Positions 57,285 through 64,000 of a DNA stretch of 64,000 nucleotides are shown here, in pieces (positions within the stretch are counted from its first letter, which is position 1; each line of letters begins with the position of its first letter). The position numbers and the translations under genes are program-made. The notes below the pieces were generated by a model. The model ran no database searches, was not told where the DNA came from, and was given only the letters and a program-made list of their open reading frames with translations. The DNA is from Candidatus Gottesmanbacteria bacterium RIFCSPLOWO2_01_FULL_43_11b (GTDB taxonomy: Bacteria; Patescibacteriota; Microgenomatia; UBA10105; UBA927), in contig MFJV01000001.1 in assembly GCA_001780985.1 (NCBI GenBank), positions 158,980 to 222,979 on the forward strand, read 5' to 3'.

Positions 57285-58066
57285 AGAAACTATCGATCAT
57301 TGTCCTTTTTATTTCTCTCTTGTTTCTGGCTGTAGTCGCCCTGACTGTATCTCTCGTCCAGCGAAGGCAGGAGGTGCGCACACGGGCAACCGCCGCTACC
57401 ACACTCTCCATTATCCCAAGCTCCGTCCAGGCACATATTGGCGATACGTTCTCCGTCGACGTGTGGATTAACACCGGAGAAAATACGGTCTCCGCTGCAA
57501 CCGTTGTTGTAACGTTTAACAGCAACGTGCTTACTGGGGTTTCAATTCAGCCGGGAACATTCCTCAGCGTGCCCCTTGAACCAGGCAGTTTCTCCGCAGG
57601 TGTCGCTCGCATAAGCCTCGGAAGTCAACCGACTGCGCCGGTCCAAGGAAGTGGGGCTTTATTTACCCTCACGTTTCAGGCAACCGGTGTTGGCACGACA
57701 ACTATCACATTTGATCCAACCACCGTCGTTGCCGCTCTCGGACACACAACGAGTGTCCTGACGGGAACGACCCCCGGCTCAATCACCGTCTCCCTTGTTC
57801 CCACTCCAACTCCCACACCAACAATCACGCCTACCCCAACCCCATCTCCAACACCCACGCCCACAGCAACACCTACCCCAACACCGCTGCCTCCTCGTCC
57901 TGGAGATCTAGATCTTGATAGAGATGTCGACATTTACGATTACAATCTCCTCGTTACTGATTTTGGAAAAACGGGGACAGCGGGTTTTATTGCGGCTGAC
58001 ATTGACAAAAACGGCAAAGTGGATATTTTTGACTACAATATTCTTGTGGAAGAATTCGGGAAATAA
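57281..58066 (+). CDS. cohesin-like + PT-linker + dockerin protein (adaptor scaffoldin-like)
   Basis: GENTVSAATVVVTFNSNVLTGVSIQPGTF...GSGALFTLTFQA. C-terminal GDLDLDRDVDIYDYNLLVTDFG...ADIDKNGKVDIFDYNILVEEFGK. Confidence 0.5.
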   Translation: MKKLSIIVLFISLLFLAVVALTVSLVQRRQEVRTRATAATTLSIIPSSVQAHIGDTFSVDVWINTGENTVSAATVVVTFNSNVLTGVSIQPGTFLSVPLEPGSFSAGVARISLGSQPTAPVQGSGALFTLTFQATGVGTTTITFDPTTVVAALGHTTSVLTGTTPGSITVSLVPTPTPTPTITPTPTPSPTPTPTATPTPTPLPPRPGDLDLDRDVDIYDYNLLVTDFGKTGTAGFIAADIDKNGKVDIFDYNILVEEFGK

Positions 58067-58072
58067 CCCACA

Positions 58073-59266
58073 CTAAATAACGCCAAGTTCTTTCCCAACT
58101 TTTTCAAAAATCTTCAAACCGAAATCCAAATCCTTCTTTGAGTGCCCAGCCGAAGGCATGACGCGAATCCTTGCTTTACCTAATGGCACCATTGGATACT
58201 TAATTGGGGTAGCAAACACTTTGTGTTCAAATAATTTACTGGAGAAGGTTTTGGCGAGATTTTCGTCTCCGAGCATTACTGGTGTAATTGGTGTTTGCGT
58301 ACTCCCGGTGTTAAATCCGAGTTTTTGAAAACTTTCCCTTAAATATTTTGCATTATCCCAAAGTTTTTTAACCAAAGATTTGGATCGGGACAAAATTTTT
58401 ACTCCTTCAATGACTGCAGCTGTGTCTGCAACAGTCAGTCCTGTCGAAAAAAGGTATGGTCTGCCTTTTTGACGGTAGTATTCAATCAGTTCTTTTTTTC
58501 CGGCAATAACCCCACCTAATACTCCGAATGCTTTTGAAAGTGTTCCAACTTCGATATCAATCTTCCCATGGAGCTTAAAGTGATGCGCTATACCGCGGCC
58601 TTGCCCCAAAACTCCTTCACCGTGGGCATCATCGACCATCGTAATGGCTCCGTATTTTTTTGCCAGGCGCACAATATCGGGCATCGGCGCAATATCGCCA
58701 TCCATGCTAAATACGCCGTCTGTGACGATGAGCATGAGATGATTCCCTTGAATTTTTTTTGCTTCATTCAAAACCCGCTCCAAATCAGTCATATCCAAAT
58801 GCTTATAGATAAATTTGTTTTTAATTTGAGCTAGCCGTATTGCATCGATAATGCTTGCGTGATTAAGTTCATCCGAGATGACAATATCTTCTTTCCCTAA
58901 AATCGTCTGGATGGCAACAATATTGCCGATAAATCCTCCCTGAAGGAGAAATGCCGCCTCAGCTCCCTTAAACTTGGCAAGAGCTGCTTCAGCCTCCATA
59001 TGGAGCTTCAGATTCCCTGAAATCGGCCGTACTGCCCCAGGACCTACCCCGTATTTTTTAACAGCTTTAATCACAGCACTAACGAGGCGTTTATCCTGTG
59101 CAAGCCCTAGGTAGTTATTCGAGCAGAAGTTGAGAACTTTTTTGCCGTCAATCGTAAACCAGGGGCCCTGCGGAGATTCCAAAACGCGAACAGGGGTATA
59201 CAACCCCTTTTGTTTCATTTCGTCAAGCGTTTTGTAATACGGTTCAAGTGGATCGTTCATACTCAA
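58073..59266 (-). CDS. alpha-oxoamine synthase family PLP enzyme (KBL / 8-amino-7-oxononanoate synthase / serine palmitoyltransferase-like)
   Basis: 397 aa. …[13 protein letters not shown]…, …GTLSKAFG… (PLP-Lys). Class-II aminotransferase fold. Confidence 0.75.
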   Translation of the reverse strand: MSMNDPLEPYYKTLDEMKQKGLYTPVRVLESPQGPWFTIDGKKVLNFCSNNYLGLAQDKRLVSAVIKAVKKYGVGPGAVRPISGNLKLHMEAEAALAKFKGAEAAFLLQGGFIGNIVAIQTILGKEDIVISDELNHASIIDAIRLAQIKNKFIYKHLDMTDLERVLNEAKKIQGNHLMLIVTDGVFSMDGDIAPMPDIVRLAKKYGAITMVDDAHGEGVLGQGRGIAHHFKLHGKIDIEVGTLSKAFGVLGGVIAGKKELIEYYRQKGRPYLFSTGLTVADTAAVIEGVKILSRSKSLVKKLWDNAKYLRESFQKLGFNTGSTQTPITPVMLGDENLAKTFSSKLFEHKVFATPIKYPMVPLGKARIRVMPSAGHSKKDLDFGLKIFEKVGKELGVI

Positions 59267-59560
59267 GCTTTTTCCACTGGCGATGGACTATCATTAGGTG
59301 GATTAATTGATTCACTGATTTCAACACGTTTTGGAACCGAAGATTGAACCGACGAAAACTGTATTGCTGCAAGTTCATCACTTGCCCCTCCCTGTTCGGC
59401 AATTCCGGCTAATGTCTCAAGACTAAGCTCTTTTGCTCCTCCTGTCATATCACAACCACCTCCTTAAGTAAAAAATGACTATATAGCCTCAGTCGGAAGT
59501 CACCTCAAAATCCTTCACTATATTTTTTAATAAAGCTTAGTCTATAATAGATATTACTGT

Positions 59561-60166
59561 ATGAATAAATCTCATCCCCTTTCAAAGAAAAAACTTCAAC
59601 AATTCTATGGACAGGGAAATTCACTGTCTGAAATTGCGACTCTGTTCGATTGTTCTGTTCATAAAGTGATTTATTGGATGCAACGTTACGCAATTGCACG
59701 TCGTTCTAGAAGTGATGCGGCGTATATAAAATTAAATCCTAACGGCGACCCATTCTTTATTCAAAAAGAAAAATCGTTATTTCTCTACGGTCTTGGATTA
59801 GGAATCTATTGGGGTGAGGGAACAAAAGTAACTGGTCTTGTTCGAGTGACCAATTCTGATCCTGCGATGATCAAGGTTTTTAGAGAATTCTTGATACAAA
59901 TATGCGGAGTGCGAGATGATAAAATTCATTACAGCATTGTTGCGTTCAATGATAGTCATATTCCGACAGTTCAATCATTCTGGGCGACCTATCTGAAGAT
60001 TTCTCCTGACAAATTTGGTAAAATCGTACAGATACCGCCGCAAGGCAAAGGCTCATATAAGCGAAAGTCTCAATTTGGCGTCTGCTCTATTTCAGTAGGT
60101 AATATTAAACTGAAACATTGGATCATGCAGGAGCTGGAAAAAATTAAAGAAGCCCGGATAGTTTAG
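59561..60166 (+). CDS. helix-turn-helix + LAGLIDADG-like protein (possible free-standing homing endonuclease), 3' end overlapping tRNA-Thr
   Basis: N-terminal sigma-70 region-4-like helix-turn-helix (GNSLSEIATLFDCSVHKVIYWMQRY). FLYGLGLGIYWGEGTK resembles a single LAGLIDADG motif. Confidence 0.4.
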   Translation: MNKSHPLSKKKLQQFYGQGNSLSEIATLFDCSVHKVIYWMQRYAIARRSRSDAAYIKLNPNGDPFFIQKEKSLFLYGLGLGIYWGEGTKVTGLVRVTNSDPAMIKVFREFLIQICGVRDDKIHYSIVAFNDSHIPTVQSFWATYLKISPDKFGKIVQIPPQGKGSYKRKSQFGVCSISVGNIKLKHWIMQELEKIKEARIV

Positions 60167-60223
60167 TGGCAAAACGTTCCCTTGGTAAGGGAATGAGCGG
60201 GGGTTCGATTCCCCCTCCGGGCT
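60152..60223 (+). tRNA. tRNA-Thr (anticodon GGU)
   Basis: GCCCGGATAGTTTAGTGGCAAAACGTTCCCTTGGTAAGGGAATGAGCGGGGGTTCGATTCCCCCTCCGGGCT. Confidence 0.9.
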
Positions 60224-60224
60224 C

Positions 60225-60611
60225 ATGTCCAAACTGCCCAAAAAACAAATTCAAAAATCATTCGGTCGGGAGCTCGTGCTCGATCTCTACGATTGCGACC
60301 TCAAGAAAATTTCATCAAAGAGGGAAATCCACAAGTTTGTTATAGAGCTTTGCGATAATGTCATCAAAATGAAGCGGTATGGCAGAGCGCTCATCCCTCA
60401 CTTTGGCCATGCCGATCCCGTAACAAGCGGCTACTCACTCGTCCAACTTATTGAAACAAGCTCCGTGTCCGCCCATTTTTCGGAACTGAAGCGAAGCGTG
60501 TATCTCAACATCTTCTCTTGCGCACCTTTTGATGCCAAAAAAACAACAGCCTTTTGCAAAAAATTCTTTAGGGCAAAGCGCGTGAAATTACATCTTATTA
60601 AAAGAAGCTAA
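60225..60611 (+). CDS. speH: S-adenosylmethionine decarboxylase proenzyme (small SpeH type)
   Basis: …LVQLIETSSVSAHFSELKRSVYLNIFSC… matches the AdoMetDC self-processing ES|S site and FxCG region. Starts 2 nt after the tRNA. Confidence 0.65.
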   Translation: MSKLPKKQIQKSFGRELVLDLYDCDLKKISSKREIHKFVIELCDNVIKMKRYGRALIPHFGHADPVTSGYSLVQLIETSSVSAHFSELKRSVYLNIFSCAPFDAKKTTAFCKKFFRAKRVKLHLIKRS

Positions 60612-61471
60612 ACGGATAACTTCAGTGCGGCAAAAAACATGATTGCAGCCCCGGTAAAACGCACTGCATAAACTTTCAACGTATGTTTTTCCAAAAGTTC
60701 TGGTGCAACGCGGGAAAATATAAACGCAATAATCATCGAAAACGGCAGCGATAGTATCGTACTGGTTATGCCTACGTTTTGGGCAAGAGCCCGATTTGCA
60801 GCAATATATCCTAATACAAAAAAGAGTGATGAAAATGCGATCCCACCCATACCGGCAGGTCGTACTTTTTTTAAATCCTTTATAAACAGAGGAACAAGCA
60901 CCAAGAGTGAAATTTGTGCCACTACAGCTGTGAAGAGTGTCACTTCCCAATATCCGTTTGTTTGAAGAGCCTGATGGAGAGCAACGTTCATCACTGCCGA
61001 GATGAATATAGCTAGTAATGCTACCATCACCCCTTTTTGGAAAAACGTTGAGAGCTTCATCCGCTCATCCATGCTCACTAAAAACCCACAAAACGAAATG
61101 AGTGCGATAAGTCCGATTTGCATCGGTGTCAATCTTTCCCCTAAGACAAAAACACCTAAAAGTACGCTAAACGGACCGCGGAAGTTATAAAGCGATCCGA
61201 GCGTAGATACATCAAGCATATAGAGTGACAAAACGTAAACTATGCCAGCAAGAGCGTAAGTCAATCCTGAAAAAATAATTGGTCCCCATTGTTGGGGCCA
61301 AGTTACGCCGTAGACGAGGGCGACTGGAAGAATGAAAAACAAGGAACACGCCTCCCAAAAAAATTCGTACATCCATGGGTTTTTTATTGCGTGTTTTGTG
61401 GTCAGCTTGCCGGCAACGAGCGTTGCACCATAGAATAAAGATGCAATCCAGGCAAAGGAAATAGACGACAT
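60608..61471 (-). CDS. EamA/DMT-family transporter
   Basis: 287 aa, ten hydrophobic segments, duplicated EamA halves. Confidence 0.65.
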   Translation of the reverse strand: MSSISFAWIASLFYGATLVAGKLTTKHAIKNPWMYEFFWEACSLFFILPVALVYGVTWPQQWGPIIFSGLTYALAGIVYVLSLYMLDVSTLGSLYNFRGPFSVLLGVFVLGERLTPMQIGLIALISFCGFLVSMDERMKLSTFFQKGVMVALLAIFISAVMNVALHQALQTNGYWEVTLFTAVVAQISLLVLVPLFIKDLKKVRPAGMGGIAFSSLFFVLGYIAANRALAQNVGITSTILSLPFSMIIAFIFSRVAPELLEKHTLKVYAVRFTGAAIMFFAALKLSV

Positions 61472-61505
61472 AGGCGAAGTATAACAAATCAGGTATGATG
61501 ACTAT

Positions 61506-62354
61506 ATGAGTATTTTTTCGCTGTTTACATTCGCCGTCTTTGCTTTTGAAACTGTGCTTTCGCCGCTACCCGATGATGGTATTGCTATACCGGTGCCTGA
61601 GCCAACTCCTGAGATCTCATTTGGACAACTTCTCAATTACACCCCTCCAGCGGTCTTGGGCGCCGCGACAGAAGAACCGCCAACTCCTTCGCTGACTCCT
61701 CGGCGAAGCCGCAAAGATAACTTTACGATTGCCGTTTTGGGTGATTCTATGGTTGATACGCTGGGTCCGGATATCGGACATCTAAAAGCGGAGCTAAAAG
61801 ATGCCTACACCAGTGTCGCCTTTGCGATCCTAAACTACGGCGTTGGTGGAGAAAATATCGACAGTGGTATATCTCGCCTGACGAATGACTATACGTATCT
61901 GGGCCAATACGTCCCGTCACTTGTCTCTCAACGACCTGACGTTGTTGTGGTGGAATCGTTCGGGTATAACCCATATATTGACCCGACGAACGAACTCGAT
62001 CGTCATTGGTTAGCACTTGCAAAAATAGTCGATACGCTCAAAAAATCATTGCCAGATGTAAAAATCGTGATTGCATCAACGATTGCTCCGAATGCGGCGA
62101 TATTCGGCGACGGAGCGCTTAACTGGGACTCAACGCAAAAGCAAGAAAAAGTTGCTCGTATTAAAAGCTACTTGGAAAGTACTATTAAATTCGCCCAAAG
62201 CCAAAGGATCCCAGTCGCAGATGTCTATACACCTAGTGGCGGAAGAAGCGAATTCATTAATCCCGGCGACCATATACACTACTCTGACGCGGGAAGAGAA
62301 CTCTTCAGCAAAGTTGTTTCTGATACAATTGTAACGGCAAAACTTCTTGAGTAA
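61506..62354 (+). CDS. SGNH/GDSL-family hydrolase
   Basis: IAVLGDSMVDT (GDS block I). GG and DHIH-like C-terminal catalytic blocks. Confidence 0.65.
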   Translation: MSIFSLFTFAVFAFETVLSPLPDDGIAIPVPEPTPEISFGQLLNYTPPAVLGAATEEPPTPSLTPRRSRKDNFTIAVLGDSMVDTLGPDIGHLKAELKDAYTSVAFAILNYGVGGENIDSGISRLTNDYTYLGQYVPSLVSQRPDVVVVESFGYNPYIDPTNELDRHWLALAKIVDTLKKSLPDVKIVIASTIAPNAAIFGDGALNWDSTQKQEKVARIKSYLESTIKFAQSQRIPVADVYTPSGGRSEFINPGDHIHYSDAGRELFSKVVSDTIVTAKLLE

Positions 62355-62390
62355 GGTATAGATTTACAGTATAATCTCCACATTACGCCA

Positions 62391-62528
62391 GGTAGTAGAA
62401 TTTCGACATGGTTTTTATTCTTTGCCCGATAACACATAAACTATTTGGTTGTAAACATATTTTTATAAAGAAAGGACCGTAAAATTTCGAAAACCATAAA
62501 AGGCAAAGGTCGAAATTTCACTACCTGG
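62391..62528. repeat. 20-bp inverted repeat (CCAGGTAGTAGAATTTCGAC / GTCGAAATTTCACTACCTGG) bracketing ~100 nt, immediately upstream of rpmG
   Basis: 19/20 complementary arms at 62391-62410 and 62509-62528. Confidence 0.5.
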
Positions 62529-62529
62529 T

Positions 62530-62703
62530 ATGGCTCAAAAAGATCAACGGTTACTTGTAGCTTTAATTTGTACGGTGTGTAAAAGCCAAAATTACATTAC
62601 TGACAGGAATAAAATCAACACTCCGGAAAAAATAGTGCTTAAAAAGTACTGCCGTCACTGCCGAAAACACACAGAACACAAGGAAACAAGTAAACTTGAT
62701 TAA
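62530..62703 (+). CDS. rpmG: 50S ribosomal protein L33. It is below the ORF-track size cutoff.
   Basis: MAQKDQRLLVALICTVCKSQNYITDRNKINTPEKIVLKKYCRHCRKHTEHKETSKLD is an L33 zinc-ribbon signature (C..C ... C..C). Confidence 0.8.
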   Translation: MAQKDQRLLVALICTVCKSQNYITDRNKINTPEKIVLKKYCRHCRKHTEHKETSKLD

Positions 62704-62706
62704 GTC

Positions 62707-63210
62707 ATGCGAAATACAATCCTCTTTATTTCAGTTCTTGCGGTTGTCGCAGCGCTTCTTTTAGGATTTAATTTAGGCCGTAATCTAAAACCTACAACCT
62801 ACAACCTACAACCTACCCCAACCCCTCTCGCTTTACCGTCACCTACAATATCTCAATACACAAACACTATCTGCGGTATATCTCTAAACTACCCCGGTTC
62901 ACTGACGAAACTTGAGGCAACAGCTGGTGCTATGTTTATCGATTCGCAAAACGCCTCAAATTCAGTTGCACTTGCTTGCCAAGAAGAGATTCCCCGACCG
63001 CCTCTCACCCTCGAAAATATTGAAGAAGTGACGCTTATTTCAACGAGTGGAGCAAGTATTTCGGGGAGTCTCTATCATGATGCATCAGCAAAAGACGGAG
63101 CACCAGTTGACGAACTCATCTTCACACATCCGACAACTGGCCTGGACGTGTTTCTCGCCGGATTCGGTGCTACCTTCCAACAGATCCTCTCTTCGCTTAA
63201 AGTGTTATAA
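62707..63210 (+). CDS. hypothetical secreted protein
   Basis: Signal peptide. Contains (CCTACAA)x3.7 at 62791-62816. Confidence 0.4.
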   Translation: MRNTILFISVLAVVAALLLGFNLGRNLKPTTYNLQPTPTPLALPSPTISQYTNTICGISLNYPGSLTKLEATAGAMFIDSQNASNSVALACQEEIPRPPLTLENIEEVTLISTSGASISGSLYHDASAKDGAPVDELIFTHPTTGLDVFLAGFGATFQQILSSLKVL

Positions 63211-63214
63211 TATA

Positions 63215-63285
63215 TCCCAATTCTAGGGACGTAGGTTAATGGTAGACCTGAGCTCTCCAAAAGCTCTAGTGGGGGTTCGATTCCC
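63215..63285 (+). tRNA. tRNA-Trp (anticodon CCA)
   Basis: AGGGACGTAGGTTAATGGTAGACCTGAGCTCTCCAAAAGCTCTAGTGGGGGTTCGATTCCCTCCGTCCCTG. Confidence 0.85.
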
Positions 63286-63305
63286 TCCGTCCCTGCTCTC
63301 TTTTT

Positions 63306-63605
63306 ATGATAGAATCCATATCTCCATTCAGTAAATCTCAGACTATCGTTGGCGGAAAACTGGGATCGTGCGACTTATATGTCATGAAGCCTGGTGGAGT
63401 GGAAAACAAACACTTCCACAATGGAATTGAAATTGTCCTCGTTCTTAAAGGCAACTGCCAAACACATAAACAGGGGCATGGATATATGTATAGAAAAGGG
63501 CAAATTCACGAAGTAATCAATGACTCAAAAAATGAACTTATTTTTATTTGTCTGACTATCCCCGCAGAATCACAAAAAAACACACACTATATTTCCTCTA
63601 TTTGA
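63306..63605 (+). CDS. cupin-domain protein
   Basis: …HFHNGIEIVLVLKGN…GQIHEV… are cupin motifs 1 and 2. Confidence 0.55.
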   Translation: MIESISPFSKSQTIVGGKLGSCDLYVMKPGGVENKHFHNGIEIVLVLKGNCQTHKQGHGYMYRKGQIHEVINDSKNELIFICLTIPAESQKNTHYISSI

Positions 63606-63638
63606 TCTTTTTGTCAGTTCGCGCTAAACTCTACACCT

Positions 63639-63986
63639 ATGTCTCCAGAATACCAACGATGGAATCAGGTGCCGGAAGAGTTAAGAGCTCAACTAAAACA
63701 ATTAGCCGCAGCTTCAATTTCCCGACTTATTAATGAAGGTTTTTCTTTTATTGTGAATGGTCATGGCATTAAGATAGAACACGACTTAACACTGTTATCA
63801 GATACACAACGAGCGGATGCACGTAAACAAAATAGCTCTCGACACGTTATGTTGCCGCTTCGTGGTAGTTCGCCGAAAAAAGTAGAAAATCATCCGATAT
63901 TTAATACAGCGCAAGAAACACCATCGTTTAAAACCGGACACAATGTGAAACCCCGAAATCCTTGGCATCGCAGACGAATTATATAA
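63639..63986 (+). CDS. hypothetical protein
   Basis: 115-aa ORF near the window end. Confidence 0.35.
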   Translation: MSPEYQRWNQVPEELRAQLKQLAAASISRLINEGFSFIVNGHGIKIEHDLTLLSDTQRADARKQNSSRHVMLPLRGSSPKKVENHPIFNTAQETPSFKTGHNVKPRNPWHRRRII

Positions 63987-64000
63987 TCAATCCTCTTGAT

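Overview
This 64-kb window has dense, streamlined-genome content: short genes, many 4-nt start/stop overlaps, a small EF-Ts, an intron-containing 16S rRNA that is not linked to a 23S, and reliance on nucleotide salvage. That pattern fits a Candidate Phyla Radiation (Patescibacteria/Parcubacteria-like) bacterium, but the phylum call is inference.

Content in order:
- Partial ahcY and a PfkB kinase.
- ybaB–dnaX, ybeY, yqeY, rpsU, a HIT protein and a DHH phosphoesterase.
- A TrpR-like regulator, archaeal-type proS and csaA.
- rseP, then frr–tsf–rpsB with no pyrH.
- glyA, followed by a nucleoside-salvage island (udk, tdk, tmk, HAD hydrolase, deoxynucleoside kinase).
- A glmS ribozyme and glmS.
- A dcd / ThyA-like operon.
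- An AlkD-like repair gene, a DEDD exonuclease, an MFS transporter, msrB and a MutS-like ATPase.
- A tRNA cluster and a 16S rRNA gene. The 16S carries a group-I-like intron encoding a LAGLIDADG endonuclease.
- A cell-envelope locus: GT39, uppP, two PAP2 genes, topA, dprA, GT2, GT4, a PIN/YefM toxin–antitoxin pair, PBP2, GT2, mreB and an O-antigen-ligase/TPR gene.
- def–fmt and an M50 protease.
- tRNA-Thr, tRNA-Tyr and an ArsR regulator.
- A surface cohesin/dockerin plus GH5 gene set.
- An alpha-oxoamine synthase, a LAGLIDADG-like gene overlapping tRNA-Thr, and speH.
- An EamA transporter, an SGNH hydrolase, rpmG, tRNA-Trp and a cupin.

Most notable findings:
- An intact tRNA-Ile(GAU) sits inside the anticodon loop of a second, split tRNA-Ile-like gene. 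The insert is bounded by a perfect 14-bp inverted repeat.
- A 20-bp perfect palindrome, CCTGCCTGCCGGCAGGCAGG, occurs three times. It lies in-frame inside proS and topA, and just 5' of msrB.
- A three-domain ThyA-like protein lies downstream of dcd.
- A minimal cellulosome-like cohesin/dockerin/GH5 locus.
- A toxin–antitoxin cassette is flanked by a duplicated PBP2 3' end.

All calls rest on reading the sequence and recalled family motifs. No searches were run.
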